From contig CBDCOX010000002.1 in NCBI GenBank assembly GCA_965219995.1, positions 2,496,001-2,560,000 of the forward strand: DNA of 64,000 bases, given 5' to 3'. The position numbers and the translations under genes are program-made. Of the stretch, positions 41,397 through 51,337 are shown piece by piece; position 1 is the first letter of the stretch; every line of letters begins with the position of its first letter. Below the pieces are notes generated by a model. It saw only the letters and a list, made by a program, of their open reading frames with translations, was not told the origin of the DNA and made no database searches. Origin of the DNA: Candidatus Latescibacterota bacterium. GTDB lineage: Bacteria; Latescibacterota; UBA2968; GCA-2709665.

Positions 41397-42306
41397 TCAG
41401 GTTCTCCCCGGAATCTTCGCCGCCCACAGCCATCAGAAAGATATCCCTCAGGGACGGCTCCGAGACTTCGAACCGGTGGATTCGAGCCCCGGACAGCGCC
41501 CGTCTCAGCAGGTCGCCGGGGTCCACGCCCGCCTGGAGTTCGACCTCGACGTGATTCCCGCGATGTTCAGCCTGCCGGACCAGTTCTGTGTCCTTGAGAA
41601 AATCATCGCTCCCGTCAAAGGCAATCCGCAACCGGTCCCTTTGATACATGGACTTCACCTCGGGAACCGTGCCTTCCAGAACCTTGCGGCCGCGGTTGAT
41701 CAGACAGATCCGGTCGCACAGCGCCTCTGCATCCTCCATCTGATGGGTGGAAAAAATGAGAATCTTGCCTTCGTTGGTCAGGGTCTGCATAATCTCCTTC
41801 AGGACCGCCACATTGATCGGGTCGAGCCCGCTGAACGGCTCGTCCAGAATCAGGAGATCGGGGTCGTGAATGACGGTGGCGATGAATTGCAGCTTTTGCT
41901 GCATACCCTTGGAAAGCTGATCCACGCGCCGGTTCGACCATTCCGACAGGCCCATGCGTTCCAGCCATTCTCCCGCGCGGCCCGCGGCTTCCGGGCGCGA
42001 GAGCGACTTGATCTCCCCCAGGAATACCAGCAGGTCCATCACCCGCATTTTGGGGTACAGCCCTCGTTCTTCGGGCAGATAGCCCACCCGGTCCTTCGAC
42101 AGTCCCTTTCCACCGTTGTCATAATCGATGTTCCCTGAATCCGGGGTGTAAATTCCCAGGACCGTGCGGATCGTGGTGGTCTTGCCGGCGCCGTTGGGCC
42201 CCAGCAGACCGTATACCTCGCCCGCCGCGATGTCGAGATCCAATCCCTCAACGGCCCGGACGCCGTCGAACGTCTTCGTGACCTGCCGGAGCACAATTCT
42301 GCGCAT
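41389..42306 (-). CDS. ABC transporter ATP-binding protein
   Basis: GPNGAGKTT, LSKGMQQK, ILDEPFSGLD; start reset to ATG 42306. Confidence 0.95.
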   Translation of the reverse strand: MRRIVLRQVTKTFDGVRAVEGLDLDIAAGEVYGLLGPNGAGKTTTIRTVLGIYTPDSGNIDYDNGGKGLSKDRVGYLPEERGLYPKMRVMDLLVFLGEIKSLSRPEAAGRAGEWLERMGLSEWSNRRVDQLSKGMQQKLQFIATVIHDPDLLILDEPFSGLDPINVAVLKEIMQTLTNEGKILIFSTHQMEDAEALCDRICLINRGRKVLEGTVPEVKSMYQRDRLRIAFDGSDDFLKDTELVRQAEHRGNHVEVELQAGVDPGDLLRRALSGARIHRFEVSEPSLRDIFLMAVGGEDSGENLNE

Positions 42307-42740
42307 TCGGTTCTCCCCAACTGATTGTTCGGGGTAAGCGCGGTCCGACCATTGTCGAAGGCCGGGTACCTTCCCGTCGAACAGGCATATAATACGCGCA
42401 CCGGCAAGGGCGCGCAACAGGACTTTCCCCGCGTTTGAATGCAATCGCCGCCAGCCATCGCGATGATTCAACAGACTGGCATCTCGTCGTTACACTCAGA
42501 AAAGGCGCCGGCCGTACTGGGTACGATCGACGCCTTTCGGGAGGGATGTAGCATGGTTGTATCCGCTTAGACGCGCTCCGGGCGGAGAGGTTTCAAATTT
42601 TCGGGAGCGCCTTTAGAATCAAGCGATCATACCCGGCAAGACGACGGTGGGGCAGGTCCGGAACTCGTGTCCTGTCCCAGAAATACCTCACCATTCTTCC
42701 GCCGATTCATCCCGTCTCGCTGCGGTGTGATCTACTGACT

Positions 42741-42892
42741 TCGGTAAGACGTTAGACGTGAGACGGTAGAGGATGACTTTTGCCGCAGAATTTCCGCATT
42801 TACCGTGCCTGTTTCTCTGACCTTTGTCGCAACGACAACCAGAACCATAAGGCACTCATATCATCTCCCGTCTCACCTCTCCCGTCTCACCG
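42741..42892. mobile_element. About 150-bp MITE-like element with heptamer-repeat inverted arms, copy 1
   Basis: Left arm of AGACGTk/AGACGGT heptamers, right arm of CGTCTCAC-type units; alignable along its whole length to the reverse complement of 61775-61922. Confidence 0.7.
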
Positions 42893-42978
42893 CCTTTAGA
42901 GAATTACTGCTTTTCTCTGGACGAATTCAGGCAACTTATTTCCGGGACAGAACACTAGACTTGACGGCATCTTGAGAA

Positions 42979-43029
42979 TTGACTATATTATCGTCAAATT
43001 ACTGCGAAAAATGACGACAACATAGTCAA
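42979..43029. promoter_or_regulatory. Nested inverted repeat (operator-like) abutting the ATPase start codon
   Basis: TTGACTAT...TCGTCA...TGACGA...ATAGTCAA. Confidence 0.55.
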
Positions 43030-44181
43030 ATGACAATTCCACGCATATTTGACGCCCCCCGGAAGAGCTTCTTTCTCCTGGGACCTCGCGGCGTTGGAAA
43101 GAGCACCTGTCTGCGATCGGCATTTCCGGATGCGCACGTCGTGAATCTGCTCGCCGAGGATACGTACCAGCGCCTGCTTGCGAATCCGGGTCTCCTTGCC
43201 GCGGAGCTGCGCGCCGTGCCGGATGACCGGTGGGTGGTTCTGGACGAGATGCAGAGATTGCCGACGTTGCTTAACGAGGTACACCGGTTTATCGAAGAAA
43301 AGCGAATGCGCTTTGTATTGTGCGGGTCCAGTGCAAGAAAACTCAAAAGGGCAGGTGTCAACCTCCTTGCGGGCCGCGCCCTGAATCGCGCGATGCATCC
43401 CTTTACTCCCGAGGAGTTGGGAGAACGGTTCGCGCTCGACGACGCCTTGCAACATGGACTGCTGCCCATCGTATGGGATTCGGATGACAGGGCGGAGACA
43501 CTGGTTGCCTATACGCAGATGTATCTCAAAGAGGAGATACAAGCAGAGGCACTTGTGCGGAACCTTCCCGGATTCGCGCGCTTTCTCCCGGTTGCGGCGC
43601 TCTTTCACGGCCAGACCTTCAACGCGACCAACATCGCAAGAGAAGCTCAGGTTGCGCGCACGACAGTTACGGGATACCTGCAGATCCTGGAAGAAACACT
43701 TCTCTGCTTTCAACTTCCTGCATACGAGACCCGATTGCGCGTGCGCGAACGCAAAATGCCAAAGTGGTATTGGTGCGACCCCGGTCTCGTACGGGCGATG
43801 AAACGGGTCACGACGCCTCCCGCCCCGGAGGAGCGCGGCGCTCTATTCGAAGGCCTGATTGCCCAGTTGATCCGGGCGTATACAGACTACCGTCATGTCT
43901 GCGACGAGTGCTTCTATTGGTCGACCGCGGCGCAGACCGGTACCGAGGTGGACTTCCTGCTCAAGCGCGGCGGGGAATTCGTGGCAATCGAAGTCAAATC
44001 CGGCGGCGCGTTCGCGGAATCCTGGTGCAAGGGACTAAGGGTTCTGACCGAGCTGCCGGGACTTTGCCGCAGGCTTGTCGTTTATCCCGACGGGCCTGAA
44101 TTGCGGACCGCTGACGGTATCGAGGTCCTCCCGTTTTCACACTTTTCCAACCTGCTTGCCGCCGATACGCTGTGGCCGTGA
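43030..44181 (+). CDS. AAA+ ATPase (AAA_14) + DUF4143 protein
   Basis: GPRGVGKST, VLDEMQR, LCGSS, LLAGRA, EVDF...IEVKS. Confidence 0.92.
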   Translation: MTIPRIFDAPRKSFFLLGPRGVGKSTCLRSAFPDAHVVNLLAEDTYQRLLANPGLLAAELRAVPDDRWVVLDEMQRLPTLLNEVHRFIEEKRMRFVLCGSSARKLKRAGVNLLAGRALNRAMHPFTPEELGERFALDDALQHGLLPIVWDSDDRAETLVAYTQMYLKEEIQAEALVRNLPGFARFLPVAALFHGQTFNATNIAREAQVARTTVTGYLQILEETLLCFQLPAYETRLRVRERKMPKWYWCDPGLVRAMKRVTTPPAPEERGALFEGLIAQLIRAYTDYRHVCDECFYWSTAAQTGTEVDFLLKRGGEFVAIEVKSGGAFAESWCKGLRVLTELPGLCRRLVVYPDGPELRTADGIEVLPFSHFSNLLAADTLWP

Positions 44182-44196
44182 GGGAATCCGCGAAGA

Positions 44197-44457
44197 ATGA
44201 GTGCCTATAGAAGCTTCAAGGACTATCACATTGAGCAGCTACGCGACCCGGAGGACTCGAAGAACTATCTTACCGTTGCGCTTGATGATTATGAAGAAAA
44301 CGGGGATATGGAAGCGTTCTTGCTGGCAGTCAGAGACGTAGCAGAGGCGCAGGGCGGTATGTCCAGGTTGGCGTAGCGGGTCAGCCTGACTCGTGACGGA
44401 CTTTACAAAACCCTTTCCGAAAATGGGAATCCGCAGCTCAACACGATGGGCGAATAG
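44197..44457 (+). pseudogene. Addiction-module antidote (HTH antitoxin) pseudogene
   Basis: MSAYRSFKDYHIEQLRDPE...AFLLAVRDVAEAQGGMSRLA*RVSLTRDGLYKTLSENGNPQLNT; in-frame TAG at 44374 and C-terminus cut short. Confidence 0.8.
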
Positions 44458-44512
44458 ACGGAACTGGTAGGACAGACTCGCATTCTCTATGAAACCTACC
44501 CAACCCACATGG

Positions 44513-45670
44513 TCACCAATCCCGCAGCATCCCTTCGACTCTGTCAAGAGCCTCTTGTGGCATCTCCTGTTCGTTTTGAGAATTCTGAATATAGTTTAGT
44601 GCCCATCCTATCGCTCTCATTGCAGCTTTAGCTTGGGCAACTCTTGTAACATAAGAAGGCTTGCAGGATACACTGTCCTCAGAAAGCTCAAGCTCCCTCC
44701 AACTCTCCTCAATTTCCCCTTCGCTGAGATCCGGTAGCTGTACAAAATGATCCAAGCGATCGTTAACCCGTGGGAACGCTTTCAGCTGTACTTGAAGATG
44801 CGATAGGTTTTCCTCGCCCAAGAACGATCGAAGATGTGCAAAATTGGCTGGGTCAAAAAAGATCCCTGCCGGTCCTCCATATCCCCACTTCTTGCAACCT
44901 TCTACAGGAAATACGCTCATCGGATAAACTAAAACGTAAAGATAAACAAGCTGACGCAAGAGCATATTCACTCGGAATAGAAAGTAGAAAAAGGTATACA
45001 GAGACAATCGATCGTGACCGCCGCTTAGCGTAACTACTGACTCCTCGATTTTAGGGCTATGGTTGAAGGCGCAGCTCACCTTGTAAATCTTATGAAGTGC
45101 CTTTCGTAGACGAGAAACTCTCTCACGATCTACGTAATCTCGAGTAGGTAACCTCTTGAATACAAAATCGAATGTATCTTGAAACGGAGGTTTGGATTTC
45201 TTTCCTTTTAACCATTGATAATATGGGTGATATCCACTCTTTTCGCAACGCAAGAGCCAATATAAATGTAGAATTGCCAGTTCCATGAATGGCCGTAACA
45301 AAGTAAACGCAGCAAGGAGATTTTTATTTAATAAGCACGTTCCGATTTCTTTGAGATACACCAAACTTTCATAATAACAATAGTGTCGATTTGTTACCTG
45401 ATCAGTTTCACTGAAGGCAACCTCTAGAATATCTTGAAACTGGGAGTATGCACTAATGCCACGACTGAATTCGTTCACATTTTCGTCAATTGTCTCATCT
45501 TCTTTTGCACCCTTGATGAGTTCAATCGCGAAGGGGCTGAGTTGAGATTCCGGGAAATTTAAGACTTCAAACAGTGCTTTTTCACTTGGGTCGCCTTGGA
45601 AATAATTACCGATCCCTGTATAGGCTACGCTATTGTCCTTGGCGAAATGGTTCAAGAGTTTCTCATTCAT
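44513..45670 (-). CDS. Hypothetical protein, DUF5677/HEPN-like helical domain
   Basis: AT-rich ORF; AAFTLLRPFMELAILHLY and IYKVSCAFNH resemble the LxRxxxE and YxxxSxxxH motifs of DUF5677-type proteins. Confidence 0.6.
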   Translation of the reverse strand: MNEKLLNHFAKDNSVAYTGIGNYFQGDPSEKALFEVLNFPESQLSPFAIELIKGAKEDETIDENVNEFSRGISAYSQFQDILEVAFSETDQVTNRHYCYYESLVYLKEIGTCLLNKNLLAAFTLLRPFMELAILHLYWLLRCEKSGYHPYYQWLKGKKSKPPFQDTFDFVFKRLPTRDYVDRERVSRLRKALHKIYKVSCAFNHSPKIEESVVTLSGGHDRLSLYTFFYFLFRVNMLLRQLVYLYVLVYPMSVFPVEGCKKWGYGGPAGIFFDPANFAHLRSFLGEENLSHLQVQLKAFPRVNDRLDHFVQLPDLSEGEIEESWRELELSEDSVSCKPSYVTRVAQAKAAMRAIGWALNYIQNSQNEQEMPQEALDRVEGMLRDW

Positions 45671-45761
45671 TGGTTTATCCCTCGAGTGATTATTATGTAG
45701 GGCATGGTCACGTTGAGATCCCGTCCGTCTGTTCCATTCCAATATAACAACGGAAAAAGAT

Positions 45762-47117
45762 ATGACGAATCAAGAGCACGTCAAATGGCTTAGAGAAGGC
45801 GTTGAAGCCTGGAACAAGAGACGCGGTAGAACAAGGTTTACGCCTCTCCTCGCTGGTGCCAATCTAAGAAGCGTTAACCTGAGCGGCGCCTATCTATCCG
45901 GTGCCTACATGGGCGGTGCAGATCTGCTTGGCGCCGATTTGAGCGATGCGCACCTCACATTTGTCGATCTAAGCGAGACTATCCTCGTGTCCGCCAATCT
46001 AAGTGGTGCCAACCTCGCATCTGCCGACCTGAGCGGTGCAAACCTCATTAATGCGAATCTGAGTCGTGCTAACTTGCGTGGTGCCGATCTGAGCGGCGCT
46101 TGGCTAACACAAACGGAGCCGTGGAAAGCTAAACTATATATCACCGCCAAAGATAGCGGGACAATTCAAGGTACAACGGACGCAGCTGGCGACGACGAAA
46201 GGAAGAAAATCAAGAGCATTGGGAGTTTGTTACTCGAATGCCGCGATCTGCGAGACAGATACAGAGACGATATCCTATTCTATTTTCGAGGAGACAGTCG
46301 CACCTCAAGGGAATTGAGGCCCTCCGTAATGCGGCCTTCTCCAGCGGGTGAATTTCCTTTTCGTGGGTGCGAGGGAGAGATGCTGCTAGATCTCATGTCG
46401 CGTCAGCCAGAGGCATTTGGTGGTTTGACGCTGGCAATTGACCAATGGGTGCTTGCACAGCATCACGGACTCAAGACACGCCTTCTAGACATCACGCGAA
46501 ACCCACTCGTTGCAATGTTCAATGTCTGCAAAAAACACGACATGCAACGCGGCTCTGACCGGGAGGATGGGTGCTTGCATGTATTCGCGGTACCACGAGA
46601 AATGGTTAAACCGTTTAATAGTGATACGATTAGTATTGTCGCCAATTATTCTAAACTTCGGCGAAGCGAGCAGACTCATCTATTGGGTAAAGACTCTCTT
46701 GACCCGCAGGATAAATCCGCGTTTACGAGATATGACCGAGTCTTGAGTCGCCTTTACAATTTTATACGGCATGAGAAACCGTCCTTCCAGGAGAAAATTG
46801 ATCCGAGAGACCTGTTCCGTGTCTTTGTCGTTGAGCCACAATGGTCATTCCAACGACTCCGGGCGCAGTCTGGAGCTTTTCTCCTATCGGCCTTTCACGA
46901 AAGATTCGAGCGCGATGAAATCCTGAAGTGGAACACCGAAATACCAGTTTACGACCATTACACGTTGACGGTTTCGGGAGAGAGGAAGGGATATATCATG
47001 GATGAACTGCGTTTGTTGAATATCACTCATGAGAGTCTCTTTCCCGGCCTTGATGAGGCTGCGAAGGCGGTCATACAACGCTATTCCAACGAGAGATCAA
47101 CGAACAGTGAAGACTGA
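45762..47117 (+). CDS. Pentapeptide-repeat + FRG domain fusion protein
   Basis: N-terminal EHVKWLREGVEAWN, about 17 A(N/D)LSG-type pentapeptides; YFRG, LRPS, AQHHGLKTRLLDITRNPLVA, RLRAQSGAF, LNITHESLFPGLD. Confidence 0.9.
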   Translation: MTNQEHVKWLREGVEAWNKRRGRTRFTPLLAGANLRSVNLSGAYLSGAYMGGADLLGADLSDAHLTFVDLSETILVSANLSGANLASADLSGANLINANLSRANLRGADLSGAWLTQTEPWKAKLYITAKDSGTIQGTTDAAGDDERKKIKSIGSLLLECRDLRDRYRDDILFYFRGDSRTSRELRPSVMRPSPAGEFPFRGCEGEMLLDLMSRQPEAFGGLTLAIDQWVLAQHHGLKTRLLDITRNPLVAMFNVCKKHDMQRGSDREDGCLHVFAVPREMVKPFNSDTISIVANYSKLRRSEQTHLLGKDSLDPQDKSAFTRYDRVLSRLYNFIRHEKPSFQEKIDPRDLFRVFVVEPQWSFQRLRAQSGAFLLSAFHERFERDEILKWNTEIPVYDHYTLTVSGERKGYIMDELRLLNITHESLFPGLDEAAKAVIQRYSNERSTNSED

Positions 47118-47488
47118 TACGTCGCACGAGTTCAATCAGGAAATTACCGGTTGGTTCATTCATCGCAAATGGCTGGAGGCAATACGACATGCACGGAAGC
47201 GTGTTGAAAGGGTTCAAGATCGCCGGAATTAGGATTACCGGGTCAGAACTGACGTCGGCTTTTAAGTCGGAGTCTAAGGACTGCGATTATTGCATGAAGC
47301 GTGGTGGTTCGGGGCTCAGCTTAGCGTGAAACCTTAGTTCTACGCATCGTGAAAGGGAAATGTTACTTATCGAAGTATCCAACGGAGTTTCGAGGCTTCC
47401 CTTGCCAGAGCAGTTCTATTGGATTTCGAGTTATTCGATCACTTCAGTTCCGCGCTACTCTACGTCTGAGGCAGTGCCGGCAAAGGTC

Positions 47489-48407
47489 TGTTAATGATCG
47501 CCTATATGGGGCCACTGCAGGATCGGCCTAATGAGGCCACCTGGGATGCGATTAAGGTTTCGGACTATCCGGCAACGGTTCTACCTTCTTTCTTTCTCCC
47601 CGACAGTCAGGAGGGAAGAATATGGCCAACCGGAGGTTCGAGATGTATCAGTATCGCCAGGAATTGACGCGTATGCGGTTGGGCGATTCGGATCGCGCGA
47701 TCGCCCGGTCAGGGTTGATGGGTCGGCAGAAGTCCGGCGCGCTTCGTGACGTGGCAATCCGTGAGGGATGGCTCGAGCCTTCCCACGTGTTGCATGATGA
47801 TGCGACCCTCCCGCAGGTTGTTCAGGTTCCATCCTCGCGACCTCAGTCGGCCTCGTCGGTTTTACCCTACCAGGACAAGGTGAATGCCTGGTGGCGTCAG
47901 GGCATCCGGGGTACAGTCATCCACCATGCGTTGGTAGACACCTACGGCTATGCCGGCTCGTATTCTTCCATCCGTCGTCTTCTCCAGCGGCTCAAAGACG
48001 CGCATCCCAACGTCACCACCGTGTTGGACATCGATCCGGGCGACGTGGCGCAGGTTGAGTTTGGGCGGGGTCCCACGATACAGGACGTCTTCACCCACCA
48101 GTCCATCGCGACGTGGATCTTCGTAATGGTGCTGGCGTGGTCTCGCCACCAATATGCCGAGATCGTGCCGGACCAGAAAGTCGAGACGTGGCTTTCCTGC
48201 CACAGAAGCGCCTTCGAGTTCTTCGGCGGCGTGCCGGCACGTGTGGTGATCGACAATCCCAAAAACGCCATCACCAGGGCCTGCTACCACGATTCGGAGG
48301 TGCAGCGCGCCTACGGCGAGTGCGCCGAAGGCTATGGTTTTACCATCTCACCGTGCCCCGTGCGAGACCCGAAGAAGAAGGGGCGCGTGGAGGCGGCCGG
48401 ACCATAG
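47489..48407 (+). mobile_element. istA: IS21-family element, truncated (left end + partial IstA, CDS 47622-48407)
   Basis: Starts TG with two GATCG..GGCCAC end repeats; MANRRFEMYQYRQ..., VVIDNPK, KKKGRVE then abrupt end; no istB. Confidence 0.88.
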
Positions 48408-48480
48408 TCGCATCTTTCATCTTGGCCAAGTCGCCTTGGGGATTAAGGGCGGTATGGAGATCCGAGGGAACGCTTTCACC

Positions 48481-50253
48481 ATGACCACCGAAACCGCTGT
48501 CGAGGTTACCCGGCTCATTGAGCGTGCGTTTGAAGGCACGGATGTGGGATTTTTGAACGCTCACGGCAGGCCCGATCCGATTCCAGTCAGTTCCGCGTTG
48601 CCGCACCTCAGCGCGAATGACGATTCGTCGATCCGGTACCGCATTAAGCAGGTTGCGAACGAGGCTACGCCCTGGCAGTACGGACCCGCGTTTGGAGACC
48701 TGCAGCGCTGGGTTGATCACCATTTGCGAGAACCCACGGAAGTGCGTCCGCCAGAAGGCACTGTTGCATTTTGCGGCAGCAGTAACTATCGACCCGAGAG
48801 GATACAGAACCCCGTGGTCGCTACCCGGATATTGCTCCTGGCTGCCGCGTACTACGGAGCCAGAAAGATAGGTAGGCTCGTTGCAGGGTTCCTAGGCCAC
48901 GGCCTCATCCAGGCACATCAGTTCTGTTTGCTGAAGGGGTTCGCCATCGAATCGAGGATCACGCTGGACGATTACTGCACTCTGATTCCGTACCGCGAGA
49001 TGGTGCGTTACCTAAAGAGGAATTACATTGGCACCCTCGACAAATGGCCGGATGAAGACGCCAACGTGTGCGTGCTCCGGGCCACACAGTTTGAGGACAG
49101 GTTTGTCGGTCCCCCGGACGAGGTGGGCCTAGTTTACGGCAGCCCTCTCATGAAATACGGGGCGGATCACCTCGCACTGCTCCTTAGCCTATCCTGGGGA
49201 TTTGGATTCAGTTGTTTCTTAAGCCAAGATCGGGTTAGTCCCGCCGTAAATGCCTCACTGCCATTTGACGACCTGCGGGGCATAAGTGGCGGGATAATCC
49301 GACGCACGGAATTGCTTGTCATCGGCTTTCGGACGCAGGAACGGAAGCGCCCCCTGCCGGTGTCGGAGCTATCCGAGCTGGCGGTAGCGTATCTACGTCA
49401 CGACGAGCCAACGCGACGGGTACTGAATGTCGCCCTGCGATGGTTTCGTGAGAGCCTTACGCGGACCGCCGAGCCGGAGGATGCTGTGATTAGCCAAGGC
49501 ATTGCCCTGGAGGCATTGTTCGGCGAGCCGGGCAAACACCGAGGCTTCAGGAAGAGGCTTAGTTCGCGTGGATCGTGGTACTATGCTGACTCGCAGAAGG
49601 AGCGCCACGATACAAGGCAACTGATACAGAACTTTTATGATTTAAGATCACAGATCGCACATGGCGGGGCAGTGTCTGAACCAGACCCCTCGCTCACGGA
49701 AGGAATCTCCAGGGTGCTTCGGTCAAGCATCAAGTCGATGATCTTGAATGGCCGGCCGTCGGACTGGATTGACGCCGCCGGAGATGGGTCCATACGAAGC
49801 AACCCGCCGCGGTCCGATGATGTCATCCCGTCGGACAAAGCCGACTCCCTGAGCTGGTCGCTTCGTGAGCAGAAGGAGATCGACACGCAACTCAGAAGAG
49901 CGTGGGAATCAACGCTAGCCGACCAGCCGAATCGGCCGGCGGACACCGGCGGCCCGTGTGTCCATCACGGCCCGATTCGTTCCGGGGACCTATCGCTACG
50001 CCAGGAACGTGGGATACCTTACGTGATTGGACATCCGGCGCGCCTCTACATGGCACACCCGAAGTGGCCAAGACAGCCTTCGGACGAACTGGATGACCGC
50101 ACGCTGTATTACTGCAGTCAGGACATCGATAGACACTTGGAATCGTGGCGGCAGGCGGCTTTGGAGAGGCGATGTGACTACATCAGCGTGAATAACGACG
50201 CTGAACTCTACCACCCCAAGCACCGCGACCGATGGCCTGAGCCGCTGGGGTAG
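48481..50253 (+). CDS. ApeA-like HEPN domain protein with extra C-terminal domain
   Basis: EDAVISQGIALEALF...FYDLRSQIAHGG (RxxxxH); ATG 48481. Confidence 0.78.
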   Translation: MTTETAVEVTRLIERAFEGTDVGFLNAHGRPDPIPVSSALPHLSANDDSSIRYRIKQVANEATPWQYGPAFGDLQRWVDHHLREPTEVRPPEGTVAFCGSSNYRPERIQNPVVATRILLLAAAYYGARKIGRLVAGFLGHGLIQAHQFCLLKGFAIESRITLDDYCTLIPYREMVRYLKRNYIGTLDKWPDEDANVCVLRATQFEDRFVGPPDEVGLVYGSPLMKYGADHLALLLSLSWGFGFSCFLSQDRVSPAVNASLPFDDLRGISGGIIRRTELLVIGFRTQERKRPLPVSELSELAVAYLRHDEPTRRVLNVALRWFRESLTRTAEPEDAVISQGIALEALFGEPGKHRGFRKRLSSRGSWYYADSQKERHDTRQLIQNFYDLRSQIAHGGAVSEPDPSLTEGISRVLRSSIKSMILNGRPSDWIDAAGDGSIRSNPPRSDDVIPSDKADSLSWSLREQKEIDTQLRRAWESTLADQPNRPADTGGPCVHHGPIRSGDLSLRQERGIPYVIGHPARLYMAHPKWPRQPSDELDDRTLYYCSQDIDRHLESWRQAALERRCDYISVNNDAELYHPKHRDRWPEPLG

Positions 50254-50333
50254 GTGCGGCCTAGCAGGATCACGACCTCCACTTCCTGCAACACCTCCGC
50301 CATGCCCACCAACGACAAGATCGTTCATAAGGC

Positions 50334-51015
50334 TCAAAAACTGGCGTCGTTTGCGCCTTTTGTAATGCCCGGCCTGACCCAGCCGGTGGCGACGTTCAGC
50401 GCGGCGAATAACGTGGTGGTGCCGTTTCTCTTGTATTCGTGGCTAAAGCCGGTCACGGCCTTGCCTTTGGGCAGCTTGAGCGATTCCTGTACCCGCTTCA
50501 GCGCCTGGATCGCGGGCTTTTCGTCGACGCATAGGACGATCACATTTTTAGGAGGTTCCAGATACAACCCCACGTTGGCTGCGGCCTTGGTGGCAAATTT
50601 GGGATCGTTGCTGATACAACAGCTGCGCCTTCTGGCCTGCGAGATGCCGTGGTTGCGCAATACCTGCCAGACATAGTGGACAGAAATCCCCAGCTTGTCG
50701 GCCAACAACGGACCGGTCCAGTTTCCATAGCCCTTCGGCGGCGGTTAGTCCAACGCCTCCAAAATGCGCATTTCGCTTGACGCGTCGTACTTGGCAGGCT
50801 TGCCCGATCTCGCCTTATCCTGCAACCCGGAAAGACCCGACTCGTGAAAGCGCCGGCGCCACTTGCACACCGTGGCCTCGCGCGTTCCCAGGTCCCTGGC
50901 GATGTCCCGGTTCGCAACGCCCTGCGATGCTGAAAGAACGATCCGGGCGCGCAGCACATAACGTTATTGCGTCTTGCTTGAACGTGTCCAACTCAACAGC
51001 TTTTTCCCTCGTCAC
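50334..51015 (-). mobile_element. IS630-family transposase remnant (broken, 3'-truncated)
   Basis: LRARIVL..VCKWRRRFHESGLSGLQDKARSGKP; VLCVDEKPAIQAL; HEYKRNGTTTLFAALNVATG spread over several frames. Confidence 0.88.
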
Positions 51016-51020
51016 TCAAC

Positions 51021-51337
51021 GTGATCAACACGGCGGGGCGGCTCATAGGCGGCACCTCCGAAGTGATCCGCGCGGAACCTTACATTGAAGCCGAGCCGGC
51101 GAAGGCCTACTCGCTGCCTTGCAAAACCATCGTGAGGAGATTGAGAAGGCCTTGGGTTTCGGGCTCGACTGCCAGGAAGATCGGCCACGAGGCCGTGCCC
51201 GTCGTGTCGCGGTGTTCGGCGCTCGAACGAGAGCCGCTCGCATGGCCTGCACGAGCCCATACACCGGGGACTTTGACGTCCCTCACGGTTCGGAAGCCGC
51301 CGAAACTGGACTGCGGGAGGACTCCCCTGGCGTTTAG
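51021..51337 (+). pseudogene. DUF4268-like domain fragment (frameshifted)
   Basis: IRAEPYI...AKAY / LQNHREEIEKALGFGLDCQE...RARRVAV resembles the DUF4268 core. Confidence 0.5.

Noticed and set aside
40071-41597. 508-aa plus-strand ORF
   Set aside because: Antisense shadow of the ABC permease
44374-44376. In-frame TAG as pyrrolysine or recoded stop
   Set aside because: Other genes here end in TAG normally and the gene is also 3'-truncated; a simple nonsense mutation is more parsimonious
42480-44500. Direct repeat of the tRNA-Leu 3' end marking the far island boundary
   Set aside because: No copy of TGGTGCCGAAGGTGGGAGTCGAA was found by eye, so the left boundary is inferred only from composition and the truncated antitoxin
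47118-47488. Short ORFs between the FRG gene and IS21
   Set aside because: No RBS or recognisable motif; likely degraded island DNA
48334-48480. N-terminal extension fusing IS21 sequence to the HEPN gene
   Set aside because: Out-of-frame overlap with the istA remnant; ATG 48481 is the more plausible start
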